The translations under genes were made by a program, and so were the position numbers. The notes under the pieces are model-generated. The model worked only from the letters and a program-made list of their open reading frames with translations. It searched no databases and had not been told where the DNA came from. From assembly GCA_963835575.1 (NCBI GenBank), contig CAWIGG010000002.1, forward strand, positions 128,001-192,000: 64,000 nucleotides of DNA, in the 5' to 3' direction. This stretch comes from an uncultured Spirochaetota bacterium. GTDB taxonomy: Bacteria; Spirochaetota; Brevinematia; Brevinematales; JAOACQ01. Below are positions 1 to 9,914 of the stretch, one piece after another. Each line of letters opens with the position of its first letter. The stretch's first letter is position 1.

Positions 1-553
1 TCAAAGTATTGCTAGCCTTGGTAATTTCACATATGTTAGTATGACTTGTATTAAAAAAAGAATATGTGTCTGATGCCAGAGTACCCCCGTTTCTATGGAT
101 ACTGATATCAGAACCGGTAATTTCAAATTCATAACAATAACTTACGTCCATCAAGTTAAAATACATTGTACTACCGCTGTCCATATGAAAAATTATTGTG
201 GTTTTTGTATTGGTATTAATTGTAATAATCAGGTTTACAGCGGGCATATAAGTGGCGCTGGTCCCGCTTGAGTATCCGCCCCTGCATACCAGTTCGTTGT
301 TCATAATATAAAGCTCGCTGAATGTGCCGGAATCGCCGTTTCCTTCCCCTTCAGTCCAGCCGTTGCCGACGGCGGAGTTGGCCGGGCGGTTGAAATCATC
401 ATGGAATGGCAGACTTTTCGGTGCGCTGCTGCCGCTGCTGCTGTTACTGCCGTCTCCTCCGGGAGCATTCGCACATGATACAGTCAGCGATGTGAATATT
501 AAACCGCCGGCTGCAAACGCAAGAATAAAAATCATAACCTTTAGGCATTTCAT
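1..553 (-). CDS. Secreted lipoprotein, runs off the window start (absent from the ORF track)
   Basis: Manual translation from ATG at 553 (GGAGGT RBS at 559-564): MKCLKVMIFILAFAAGGLIFTSLTVS-C-ANAPGGDGSNSSSGSSAPKSLPFHDDFNRPANSAVGNGW..., open to position 1; lipobox plus G/S-rich tether. Confidence 0.8.
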   Translation of the reverse strand, partial: MKCLKVMIFILAFAAGGLIFTSLTVSCANAPGGDGSNSSSGSSAPKSLPFHDDFNRPANSAVGNGWTEGEGNGDSGTFSELYIMNNELVCRGGYSSGTSATYMPAVNLIITINTNTKTTIIFHMDSGSTMYFNLMDVSYCYEFEITGSDISIHRNGGTLASDTYSFFNTSHTNICEITKASNTL

Positions 554-782
554 TTGATACCTCCATAACAAAAATCCTTACAATAAGTTATTCTATATTA
601 AATATACTTATTGTCGATTGCTTTTTTGCAATTTTTAACCAAAAATATTTTCAATTTTGGAAAATGAAATTTCTTCCGATGATATAAAAGCAGGCTTGAA
701 AAGGCAGTAACTGGCAAAAACTATTCAAATGTATAATTTTAATGTATAATAATTACGGTTCATACCGGAGGTGAGACTTAAT

Positions 783-2174
783 ATGGAAGGGTTGGGGAAT
801 TTAAAAAAGTTTTTTCTTATCGGAATCGGCGGCATCGGAATGTCGGCTCTCGCGGTGATCCTGAGAGCGAGGGGCTATCAGGTTTCCGGTTCGGACCGCG
901 CCGAATCGTCGACAACGGCGAATCTGCAGAAGCAGGGCATTCAGGTCCGGATAGGGCACAGCGAAGAAAATATCACGGACGATACGGACGCAGTTGTTTA
1001 TACCAGCGCTATCACGGAAGATAATCCGGAGTATATTAAAGCAAAAAACAAAGGCATAGCGGTCTATGAAAGAGCGACAATGCTGGATCTGCTGGCTTCC
1101 GGCAAGTTTTCGGTGGGTGTTTCGGGAACGCATGGAAAAACAACGACGACGTCCATGACGGCAAAGATCTTTCTGGCCGCAGGGCTGGAACCGACGCTCG
1201 CTGTCGGCGGCTATATCGGCCAGATAGACGGCTCGGGATATGAAGGGAAGGGCAAGTTTTTTATCTATGAGGCCTGCGAGGCTTATGCTTCTTTTTTGAA
1301 GCTTCACCCGAATATCGCCGTGATTACCAATATCGACGCCGACCATCTGGATTATTACGGAAACCTGGGAAAAATAAAAGACGCGTTTGAAAAATATATC
1401 AGGGAAAATATCCCCGCTTTCGGGACCGTTATTTATAACATGGACAACGCCAATCTCAGGAATGTCGTGAGGAAAGTGAATCTTCCCCATTCTGTTTCTG
1501 TCGGCATCCGGCAGAGGGCCGAATTCACGGCCTCGAAGATCCGCCTGGATGATTTCTCATCCTCATTTACAGTAAAAAAACATGGCAAGCTCTACGGCGA
1601 GTTTTTTGTCAATATTCCCGGACAGCATAATGTTTATAACGCGCTTCTGGCAATAGCCTGCGCTAATGTGAACGGGATTTCCAGAGAGGTCATAGCGGAT
1701 ACGCTGGCGCATTTCAAGAACGCCGACAGGCGCTTCCAGCTGAAATTCAGCGCGAAGAACCTGATGGTGATCGACGACTATGCCCACCATCCGGCCGAGA
1801 TCGACGCGACGCTGAACGCCGCGAAAAATCTTTCGCAGAAAAAACATGCAAGGCTGATCGCCGTTTTTCAGCCGCACCTTTATTCACGGACACAGTATCT
1901 CTATAAGGAATTCGCCCGGTCGCTTTCCAGGGCGGACAGGGTTGTCCTGACTGAAATTTATGCCGCCAGGGAAATTAATCACGGCAATATCAGCACAAAA
2001 ATGATCTATGATGAAATAGTCAAGATAAAAGGCTACGAAAAAGTCGCCCTGACAAAGACCCTGAAGGAGATCCCGGATAAGGTCAGGGCTTTTTTTCAGG
2101 GGAACAATATTGTCATCACTTTAGGAGCGGGAGATGTCTGGAAAGTTTCGGATATGTTTTGTCCTCAGCCTTAG
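783..2174 (+). CDS. murC: UDP-N-acetylmuramate--L-alanine ligase
   Basis: IGIGGIGMSALA, SGTHGKTTT P-loop, NIDADHLD, DDYAHHPAEI, FQPHLYSRT; ATG 783 downstream of GGAGGTG preferred over GTG 771. Confidence 0.95.
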   Translation: MEGLGNLKKFFLIGIGGIGMSALAVILRARGYQVSGSDRAESSTTANLQKQGIQVRIGHSEENITDDTDAVVYTSAITEDNPEYIKAKNKGIAVYERATMLDLLASGKFSVGVSGTHGKTTTTSMTAKIFLAAGLEPTLAVGGYIGQIDGSGYEGKGKFFIYEACEAYASFLKLHPNIAVITNIDADHLDYYGNLGKIKDAFEKYIRENIPAFGTVIYNMDNANLRNVVRKVNLPHSVSVGIRQRAEFTASKIRLDDFSSSFTVKKHGKLYGEFFVNIPGQHNVYNALLAIACANVNGISREVIADTLAHFKNADRRFQLKFSAKNLMVIDDYAHHPAEIDATLNAAKNLSQKKHARLIAVFQPHLYSRTQYLYKEFARSLSRADRVVLTEIYAAREINHGNISTKMIYDEIVKIKGYEKVALTKTLKEIPDKVRAFFQGNNIVITLGAGDVWKVSDMFCPQP

Positions 2175-2727
2175 CCTGTTTTGCTTTTTTCAGCCTGCCT
2201 TTGCCCAGGATGACCTCCCGGTAAAGGAGAAGCTCAATGTCAACGGCTATAATTTTTTTAACAGTATTGACACCAAACAGATCATCGGCCTCAGATTGAA
2301 AGCGCGGGCAGACCTCTATTATAATAAAAAGAAATTCGCCAACGCGATCAAGTATTACGAGGAAGCGTCCCGCTATCTGCCCGGCGAGGCGGATATATTT
2401 TTTAACCTGGGGAATATCTATAAAGAAGAAGCTATTTTTAATATGGCCGCGGTCTATTATAAAATGGCTTATGAAAAATACCTTCTACCGGAAAACTTCA
2501 ACAAAACCCAGAAGTATTACTATTTTTCATTGATCCGTTACGCTATTTCCTTATCCAAAGTCAAGGATATTAATAACGATAATGAGAAAAAAGCGAAAGA
2601 AGTCCTATCGGGTTTGATGGACCAGGAAAAAGAGTTTACGGTCAAATTTCCGGAAACCGTTCAGGAATACAGCAACCTGAACAAACTTATCTACGGCGAT
2701 GTGATGATCATCAATAAACAAAAATAA
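2134..2727 (+). CDS. Exported tetratricopeptide-repeat protein
   Basis: Signal peptide ending AFA-Q; TPR-like AIKYYEEA...ADIFFNLGNIY...AAVYYKMA. Confidence 0.75.
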   Translation: MSGKFRICFVLSLSLFCFFQPAFAQDDLPVKEKLNVNGYNFFNSIDTKQIIGLRLKARADLYYNKKKFANAIKYYEEASRYLPGEADIFFNLGNIYKEEAIFNMAAVYYKMAYEKYLLPENFNKTQKYYYFSLIRYAISLSKVKDINNDNEKKAKEVLSGLMDQEKEFTVKFPETVQEYSNLNKLIYGDVMIINKQK

Positions 2728-2759
2728 AATTGGATGTTTTTTTTATTTCTTATGATTTA

Positions 2760-2992
2760 TCGCATTAGCGGATTACTACGTAATCTTCCGCGAAGCCACG
2801 CTAATTCACGCTAATGTAAATTTGCTTTGAAAACCTTCGAGATCATTCATAATCCCAAATTTATTCGTGTTAATTTGTGTTATCCGCTGTTTCCAGTTTC
2901 CCGTCTTAGCGTTCATAGATTCGGCAAGCTCACCACAGGTTCGCGTGTATTAGCGGATTACCCAAACCGGTCTTCCGCTAAGCCGCGTTAAT
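2760..2992. repeat. Composite intergenic periodic inverted repeat with nested REP-like unit
   Basis: Left arm TCCGCGAAGCCACGCTAATTCACGCTAAT (10-bp period); right arm TTAGCGTTCAT...TTCGCGTGTATTAGCGGA interrupted by GATTCGGCAAGCTCACCACAGG (from ~2918). Confidence 0.6.
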
Positions 2993-3106
2993 AATATGAC
3001 TGGATTTATATTTTATTTCCCCATGCTGTTTCTAAAAAAATCGTTCGTTTTAAGTAAAATAAACCAGGCAATAATCCGATAGTTTAGATACCGGGGGTTA
3101 TTTTTA

Positions 3107-4303
3107 ATGGATCAAAATGATGGATTGAATTTAAAAACGCCTGAAAAAAAGAAAAATACCGGACTATTTGTTTTTACCGTGTTCGCTATTTTGTTTTTCC
3201 TGTTTCTGGCGGGATTGAATATTTATCTTTTGAAAGACAGCGAATGGGATGCCGTATTCAATCCTGAGTTTGACACTGAAGGGGATTATTACAATCAATT
3301 CCCCGGTTATAATATGGAAGAAGTGTTTGACGGCATAAAGGGCAGGATCCCGATCCTGGAATACCATATCATTAAAACGCCCGCATGGGAAAAAAAGCTC
3401 TTCAGTAAAGGCAGAATCAGAAAAGACAAGTGGATTGAGCGGTTTATTGTCAGCTCCGACGAGCTCCGGGGCCATCTTGAGCGGCTTTATGAGGCCGGCT
3501 TCCGCAATATTTCCCTGGATGAATATCTTTCCCTTCAAAAAGGGCAGTTTAAGGCCCTGGACAGGATCCCGCCGGATTCCAAGCTTTATATTCTGACCTT
3601 TGACGACGCGACATACGGCCAGTTTGATATTACAGGCCTGGATGACAAAGGAAATCCTATTGTAGATCCCGATTGCGCCGTCGGCATTATGATGGAATTC
3701 GCGAAAATCCATCCCGATTTCAAGCTGAACGCGGCTTTTAGTATTACTTTTGAACACGCCCCTTTTATGCAGGGATCTTTTATCAAAAGAAAACTCAATA
3801 TGCTGATGGACATGGGTTTTGAGATCGTCAATCATACCAAGAACCATAGGAAGCTGACGCAGTATGTCAAAAGCGATCCCGATATAGCGGCTTATGAGAT
3901 CGGAAGGGCCATGGAGCTGTTCGAATCCTATCTGGGATACCGGGCTTCGGCGATTGATAAGATCTGCTATCCGGACGGGAAGGCGAATGCCGATGTCTGG
4001 AAATTTGTCCAGAATGTGACGTATAACGGCCGGACCTATCATTTCAGGGCGGCGCTGGACGCCGAAGGGCTGCAGGCAAAAAACCCCAACGAGACGAATT
4101 TTAATGTTTATAATATAGCGCGGATTGAAACCAGCAGCCGAACTTTTGAAACATATATACTGAATGCGAAGAACATTTACCGCACGCCGGATTTAAAGGA
4201 AAAAGTGAGACCGGATAATGAAAACCTGGCTTTTTACCAGCCGGTAACGGTAAAGAAAGATGTAAAGAAAGATCCGAAAAAAACAAAACGGCATTCATTT
4301 TAA
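3107..4303 (+). CDS. Membrane-anchored polysaccharide deacetylase (CE4/NodB family)
   Basis: N-terminal TM; PILEYH, LTFDDA, VNHTKNH and CYPDG motifs. Confidence 0.85.
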   Translation: MDQNDGLNLKTPEKKKNTGLFVFTVFAILFFLFLAGLNIYLLKDSEWDAVFNPEFDTEGDYYNQFPGYNMEEVFDGIKGRIPILEYHIIKTPAWEKKLFSKGRIRKDKWIERFIVSSDELRGHLERLYEAGFRNISLDEYLSLQKGQFKALDRIPPDSKLYILTFDDATYGQFDITGLDDKGNPIVDPDCAVGIMMEFAKIHPDFKLNAAFSITFEHAPFMQGSFIKRKLNMLMDMGFEIVNHTKNHRKLTQYVKSDPDIAAYEIGRAMELFESYLGYRASAIDKICYPDGKANADVWKFVQNVTYNGRTYHFRAALDAEGLQAKNPNETNFNVYNIARIETSSRTFETYILNAKNIYRTPDLKEKVRPDNENLAFYQPVTVKKDVKKDPKKTKRHSF

Positions 4304-5428
4304 GCTGTAGGTTTTATAGGGATTCCTGCAGGGCGGGCCGACAGAGACCTCCATTTTCCGTTCCCTGATGTTCAGGATGACCGAAGCCAGCGTTGATAGC
4401 ACATCGCTGTGCCGGCAGATCGTATTGTCATTCCCCTCTTTTTCCCCGCCATGGTCTTTGAGGATCGATTTCATTTTCCGGATTGAAAGGCGTTTTAAAA
4501 CCGTTTTATTCAAAAGTTCATTGATCCGGTCATACCGCATATGATTGGTCGTGTTTATCAGCATGCCCTGGTACGGCTTCGGCGAAAGAAAATTGTCGTA
4601 CCTGTCCGTGTCCTTATAGTTAAACCTGACCATATCGGGATGCAGGAATATATTTGACGCGGCGGCAAAGCCGTTTTCCCTGCGCCTGACGGCAGAATGC
4701 CTGCCAAGAACTTCCAGTATCAGCCCGTCGCCTGTTTCATCCAGGATGAAAATAATGGCCCCGTTAGAAGTTCCCATGTCCCGGATAAACTCCACCGCCT
4801 GTTTTGTCCGGGCGAAGTTTTCAAGAACATACTGGCAGTTCAAGGTCGGCGAAAGGTTCTTATTGAAAATGGTCCTCTCCATTCCATAATTATATGAAAC
4901 GGCCAGCCCGGCCTCATTCAATCCGATGTGATTGCCTGTGAGCGCCGATATAATGAGTTCGAGGCTTTTCAACCGGGAATTCGGACTGCTCCGTCTGACG
5001 CAGGTTGTCATCGGAAGGACTGTAAAGAGGTCATAGTCTTTTATGATAAGGCTTGAGCGGGTTCTGGTCCTTGATCTATCCAGCATAGCGGTAGTGCACC
5101 CGGAGGTGGTCATAAAAGGCGTTGAAATCAGGCTCTCGAAAAACTGGATAAAAAGGAACAGATTGATATTTAATCCGGAACCGTCCGCCAAGCCTTTTAT
5201 GCGCTGGTAGGCTTCCGGGTCAAATTCGTCCATCTTTTTCATGAGAAAGTTATAGGCGATAACGCCGGCGGTTTCGGCTATAAAGTCGCTGTTCAGGTAT
5301 TTCGGCCGCATTCTTTTAATCGGCTCAAACTCAAAAAAGCTGTCAAAGGATTTTTTTATGGAATCTTTGAGGATCCTGCCCTGCTGAAAACCCATTTCAT
5401 AATGTGTTCCGCCGCATTCCAGATACAT
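4295..5428 (-). CDS. C45-family Ntn-hydrolase (acyl-CoA:6-APA acyltransferase-like peptidase)
   Basis: GTHYEMGFQQG N-terminus, SG-CTT nucleophile, GLNEAGLAV, C-terminal GPPC. Confidence 0.85.
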   Translation of the reverse strand: MYLECGGTHYEMGFQQGRILKDSIKKSFDSFFEFEPIKRMRPKYLNSDFIAETAGVIAYNFLMKKMDEFDPEAYQRIKGLADGSGLNINLFLFIQFFESLISTPFMTTSGCTTAMLDRSRTRTRSSLIIKDYDLFTVLPMTTCVRRSSPNSRLKSLELIISALTGNHIGLNEAGLAVSYNYGMERTIFNKNLSPTLNCQYVLENFARTKQAVEFIRDMGTSNGAIIFILDETGDGLILEVLGRHSAVRRRENGFAAASNIFLHPDMVRFNYKDTDRYDNFLSPKPYQGMLINTTNHMRYDRINELLNKTVLKRLSIRKMKSILKDHGGEKEGNDNTICRHSDVLSTLASVILNIRERKMEVSVGPPCRNPYKTYSLK

Positions 5429-5517
5429 AAATATTCCCTCTCTCTATTTATATCATACAGCACAAAAACCTTTATTTAAACATAATTTAAAAATAAAGTG
5501 ATAAAATGTCAAAATTA

Positions 5518-5570
5518 TCCCTCACCAGTTTGTCAAGTTCCACCTGAGAAGCAAACAAACTGGTGAGGGA
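5518..5570. repeat. 53-bp palindromic mini-element (MITE-like)
   Basis: Perfect IR TCCCTCACCAGTTTGT / ACAAACTGGTGAGGGA flanked by direct TTA on both sides; lies between divergent genes. Confidence 0.55.
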
Positions 5571-5696
5571 TTAATCTATTTGTTTACTGAAGCGCCGATT
5601 ATATTTTATAATGGAAACTAACCCGGGTTTTCTTATTGAATTAAATAAAATTCCGATAGGATATAAGAGTAAAAAGGTTTTTGCCGGAGGGAGCAT

Positions 5697-6887
5697 ATGG
5701 CAAAGAGATTTCTGTTTTTTGCTGTTTTTATTTATCTGGGCTTTTCTATGGCGTATTCTCAATTCCAGAAGTTTGAGTACGGGATCATATCATGGTACGG
5801 AGATGATTTCGCGGGAAAGACAACTGCCAGCGGCGATCAATACGATCCCGATAAAATGACGGCGGCGCATAAGATATTCCCGTTCGGGACGCTTATTGAA
5901 GTGGAAAACCTGGAAAACGGCAGGAAAGTGACGCTGAAGATCAACGACAGAGGTCCCTATGCGGCCAACAGGGTCCTGGATGTTTCAAAAAAAGCGGCTG
6001 ATGACCTGGGTTTTCTGAAAAAAGGCACTGTTTATGCCCGCATAACGCTTATTAAACTTGGCGATAACAAGGTCAAGGACATCCTGCCTCCGTCAACAAT
6101 CGCTTCATCGGAATCGAACGCCAGTTCCGCGGCCGTATCGTCAAATGAAATGCTTCAGGAGGCTTTGGCCCCGACGAATAAAGAGCCGCAGTATAAAATT
6201 GTCATCACAACGAATATGATAGAAGTCTATTCGACAAATCAACTGGTCCAGACAAATTTTGTGGCGGTACCCATAACAAACGTGATTAATGTTGAGCCTT
6301 ATGAAGAAAAGATTGTCGAAAACAATTTGTCGGACTCAAATCAGAATTCCTTTGTCATGGATACTAATTCGCTCAAGCCTGACGATCAATTTATTATGGA
6401 AGAGCCTCCGGTTATAACGCCTCCTGTCACTACGCCGTCATTAACTACGCCGATACCGGTGCTGGAAACGTCTAAAACAAATGAAGTAAAAACTAAAGAA
6501 CCGGAAAAAGTCTATTATACTGAAAAAGAAGTGACGCCGGAAACTCTACTTTCCAATGAAACGGCGATTCAAATCGAAGATAATGAGCCGGCAAACAAAA
6601 GGGTTTTCAAGGACGGGGTGATGATAGAAAAAGTAGGGGATGAGGAAAATGGAGGCTCATATCTTGTACAGGCGGGGGCTTTTCATAAGGAATTCCAGGC
6701 GCTCAAGCTTTATGATATCCTTAAAAAGAAGAAATATGATGTATTTACGACTGAAAATACTGTAAAAGGAAAGAAGTGGATCCGGGTCCGGATAGGCTAT
6801 TTTAACAGTATCTCGGACGCGAAGGATGTATTTGAGGAACTCAAGAAGCTCAAGATCAATGCCCTTGTCATCCGTGCCAGGAAATAA
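5697..6887 (+). CDS. rlpA: Septal ring lytic transglycosylase RlpA family with C-terminal SPOR domain
   Basis: SWYG..F.GKTTASG, TAAHK, INDRGPY, LDVS DPBB motifs; C-terminal YLVQAGAF...RVRIGYF. Confidence 0.9.
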   Translation: MAKRFLFFAVFIYLGFSMAYSQFQKFEYGIISWYGDDFAGKTTASGDQYDPDKMTAAHKIFPFGTLIEVENLENGRKVTLKINDRGPYAANRVLDVSKKAADDLGFLKKGTVYARITLIKLGDNKVKDILPPSTIASSESNASSAAVSSNEMLQEALAPTNKEPQYKIVITTNMIEVYSTNQLVQTNFVAVPITNVINVEPYEEKIVENNLSDSNQNSFVMDTNSLKPDDQFIMEEPPVITPPVTTPSLTTPIPVLETSKTNEVKTKEPEKVYYTEKEVTPETLLSNETAIQIEDNEPANKRVFKDGVMIEKVGDEENGGSYLVQAGAFHKEFQALKLYDILKKKKYDVFTTENTVKGKKWIRVRIGYFNSISDAKDVFEELKKLKINALVIRARK

Positions 6888-6903
6888 GTTTAATACCGGT
6901 TGT

Positions 6904-7097
6904 AACCACAGATTTCACTGATTACACTGATTTTAAGGATATTTTTATAAATTTTGTAGCGAGCCTATTTTTTGGTGAGTACTTTTGAACCATAAGTTCG
7001 TAGATCGTTCCTAATTCTTTTCCTATATTCATAATTATAATATAATATCTCTTATTTATAGCGAGACTATTAAATCTTTTCTGTGTAATCTGTGGTT
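6904..7097. repeat. Empty periodic inverted-repeat cassette
   Basis: AACCACAGATTTCACTGATTACACTGATT ... TTCTGTGTAATCTGTGGTT, 9-bp period, AT-rich interior. Confidence 0.7.
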
Positions 7098-7199
7098 TCT
7101 TTTCGTTGCTCCTATCCCAATTGTATTGATATATGCTGATTATTATTTATATTTAAAATGACCGAATAATCCTCTTTCGCCATACGCATCTCCTTCTTT

Positions 7200-7553
7200 T
7201 TATTTCCATTTGAAGCCGAATGCCGCATAGATCAGCCTTTCAAGATAAGGGTTTTTAAACAGAAAATAGAGTATCAGATCGATGCCTGCCATTGTAATAT
7301 TGATCAGGATATATGCGAGAAGGGCTTTCTTCCAGTTTCTGAGAATAAGAAGGCAGAGGAGATAAAGAACAACCGAAGCGAGAACGGAAATACTCCAGAA
7401 TTGCCCTCTGTCCGGGCTGAAATGGAAGAGAGGCGCGATCAGATAAACGGCATTGATTCCGAAGCCGAAGAATAAAAATAGCAGAGCGCATATTGTGATG
7501 ATTTTTAAAATAAAACTTCCGCCTTTCCCGGCCGGATTCCCAATAATTTCCAT
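7200..7553 (-). CDS. Small multi-pass membrane protein, unknown function
   Basis: Three hydrophobic segments; AAGGAG RBS upstream. Confidence 0.65.
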   Translation of the reverse strand: MEIIGNPAGKGGSFILKIITICALLFLFFGFGINAVYLIAPLFHFSPDRGQFWSISVLASVVLYLLCLLILRNWKKALLAYILINITMAGIDLILYFLFKNPYLERLIYAAFGFKWK

Positions 7554-7717
7554 AATGATATACTCCTTTAACAGTTAATCTGCATTATTTTAAGGGCATT
7601 TGCATGTTATGGCAATTTTGTAAAAATACTTGAATTGAGCGGTTCTTTTATCTAATAATTTTGACTTATTGAATTATTTTTACCATATTTAAAGAAGAGT
7701 TTTTTGAGGAGGCGCGC

Positions 7718-9382
7718 ATGAGATACGAGGTCAAAGGTGATATATCCATCGTTCTGGCCGGTGAGGCGGGCCAGGGCATTCAATCCATAGAATCCATACT
7801 GTCAAAAACACTGAAGAAAGGCGGATATCACCTCTTTGCCACAAAGGAATATATGTCGCGGATCAGGGGCGGCGTCAACACGACGGAAATCCGCGCGTCA
7901 TCAAAACGGGTGAGCGCTTTTGTGGATAAAATAGATGTTTTAATTACTCTGACCGGTGAAGGCGCGGAGCACTTGAAGAAAAGGATTAAACCGGAAACGC
8001 TGGTTATTGACGGCGCGCCGTTTGAAAAAATCGCGGCGGAAGCGGGGAATCCCATATATTCAAGCTCGGCGGCGGCCGGTTTTGTCTGCGGCCTTCTGGG
8101 TATCGATAGAAATATTATGACGGATGTCATTACCGGACAGTTCTCAAAAAAAAGCGCTGATATTCAGGACCAAAATAAGGAAAGTTCGCTCAAGGGCTAT
8201 GAATTGGGCCTGGAATATGCCCGGGACCGGATTGCCGTCAAAATCGACAAGGATAACAAAGTTTCTTCGGAAATGGTGATAAGCGGCGCCGAAGCCGTAG
8301 CCCTGGGCGCGCTGGCCGGCGGCTGCAATTACGCATGCGCCTATCCGATGTCGCCGTCGACTGGCGTGCTGACCGCGCTGGCCGCTTATTCAAGGGATTA
8401 TGATATTATTGTAGAGCAGATAGAGGACGAAGTCGGCGCGCTGAACATGGCTCTGGGCGCCTGGTACGCCGGGGCCAGAGCCATAGTCACGACTTCAGGC
8501 GGAGGTTTTGCCCTGATGACGGAAGCCTTCAGCCTCGCCGGAATGATCGAATCGCCGGCTGTCATCCTTCTCGCCCAGCGGCCGGGGCCCGCCACAGGCC
8601 TGCCGACACGGACGGAGCAGGGCGACTTGAATCTTGTTCTTTATGCCGGGCATGGTGTATTTCCCCGCGTTATTCTGGCGCCGGGAAGCCTGGAGGAAGC
8701 GTTCAACCTTTCTCAGAAGGCCTTTTATATCGCGGACCGTTATCAGATCCCGGCCGTCATTCTTATCGATCAGTATTTTGCCGATTCGTATTATAATATA
8801 CCCGCCTTTAAGCTTCCCGATAAACTGCCTGAAAATTATTTTATCAGGACGGCAAAGGGATATAAGCGTTATCGATTGACCCGGGAAGGGCTTTCACCGC
8901 GCGGCATTCCGGGATTCGGCGAGGGCCTGGTCAGATTGGACAGCGATGAGCATGATGAAGACGGACATATTACTGAGGACCAGGACCTCCGGGTCAGGAT
9001 GGCGGACAAGCGGCTGGCTAAGGAAAAGCTTCTGGAAAGGGAAATTATTCCGCCTGATTTTACCGGGGATAAAAATTATGAGACCCTTATCATCGGCTGG
9101 GGTTCCACGGATGCGATGATTCAAGAGGCGCTGGAAAGGCTCGCACTAAAAAAGACGGCTTACCTGCATTTCTCCCAGGTCTATCCCCTGCATTCAGGCA
9201 CAGAAGGATATTTGAAAAAAGCTAAAAATATAATCATAATTGAGAATAATGAAACAGGCCAGTTCGCGGACCTGATAAAACTGCAGACCGGCCGCGATAT
9301 AAAAAAAAGGATTTTAAAGTACGACGGTTTGCCGTTCTCTGTGGAAGAGATTTGTGAGCAGGTTAAGAAGTTCATTAATTAG
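7718..9382 (+). CDS. korA: 2-oxoacid:ferredoxin oxidoreductase alpha subunit (gamma-alpha fusion)
   Basis: LAGEAGQGI, YMSRIRGG, AYPMSPST, TTSGGGF, QRPGPATGLPTRTEQGDL. Confidence 0.92.
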   Translation: MRYEVKGDISIVLAGEAGQGIQSIESILSKTLKKGGYHLFATKEYMSRIRGGVNTTEIRASSKRVSAFVDKIDVLITLTGEGAEHLKKRIKPETLVIDGAPFEKIAAEAGNPIYSSSAAAGFVCGLLGIDRNIMTDVITGQFSKKSADIQDQNKESSLKGYELGLEYARDRIAVKIDKDNKVSSEMVISGAEAVALGALAGGCNYACAYPMSPSTGVLTALAAYSRDYDIIVEQIEDEVGALNMALGAWYAGARAIVTTSGGGFALMTEAFSLAGMIESPAVILLAQRPGPATGLPTRTEQGDLNLVLYAGHGVFPRVILAPGSLEEAFNLSQKAFYIADRYQIPAVILIDQYFADSYYNIPAFKLPDKLPENYFIRTAKGYKRYRLTREGLSPRGIPGFGEGLVRLDSDEHDEDGHITEDQDLRVRMADKRLAKEKLLEREIIPPDFTGDKNYETLIIGWGSTDAMIQEALERLALKKTAYLHFSQVYPLHSGTEGYLKKAKNIIIIENNETGQFADLIKLQTGRDIKKRILKYDGLPFSVEEICEQVKKFIN

Positions 9383-9394
9383 GTTAATATATTT

Positions 9395-9847
9395 TCACCA
9401 CGAAGTACGCGAAGACCACGAAGTTATTTAGGAGGTTGGGTATTGGAATTTGACAAATTATCAAATAAAGTGATAGGGTTGGCTTTAGAAGTTCACAAAC
9501 AATTAGGTCCTGGTTTATTGGAAAGTACTTACAAACAATGTCTTGCCTATGAATTAAGTAAGGCAAATATTAGTTTTAATTTAGAATGTGAAATTCCTAT
9601 AAAATATAAAGAAATACAGATATCTTGCGGATACAGAATTGATATATTAGTAGAAAATAAAATTATTCTTGAGTTAAAAAGTGTTGAAAAAATACTTCCT
9701 ATTCATGAAGCACAAATACTTACATATATGAAATTAAGTAATAAAAAGATAGGATTGCTTATAAATTTTAATGTTAGTTTATTGAAAGAAGGTATTAAAA
9801 GATTTATTTTATAATTATCTTCGTGAAGTTCGTTTTCTTCGTGGTGA
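9395..9847. mobile_element. GxxExxY cassette bounded by 29-bp periodic inverted repeats
   Basis: Left TCACCACGAAGTACGCGAAGACCACGAAG (9395-9423); right CTTCGTGAAGTTCGTTTTCTTCGTGGTGA (9819-9847); AT-rich interior; inserted between korA and korB. Confidence 0.6.
9443..9814 (+). CDS. GxxExxY protein (PD-(D/E)XK nuclease fold)
   Basis: LGPGLLESTY signature, RIDILVE..IILELKSV, QILTYMK, GLLINF; TTG start after GGAGG. Confidence 0.93.
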   Translation: MEFDKLSNKVIGLALEVHKQLGPGLLESTYKQCLAYELSKANISFNLECEIPIKYKEIQISCGYRIDILVENKIILELKSVEKILPIHEAQILTYMKLSNKKIGLLINFNVSLLKEGIKRFIL

Positions 9848-9914
9848 TTATTAATTTAATTGTTGTTAAGGGCTTTAATTTTTATAAAACTTTTATTATA
9901 TATGGGAGGCAAAT

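Noticed and set aside
324..557. 77-aa plus-strand ORF in the track
   Set aside because: Antisense shadow of the minus-strand lipoprotein gene, which has an RBS and lipobox
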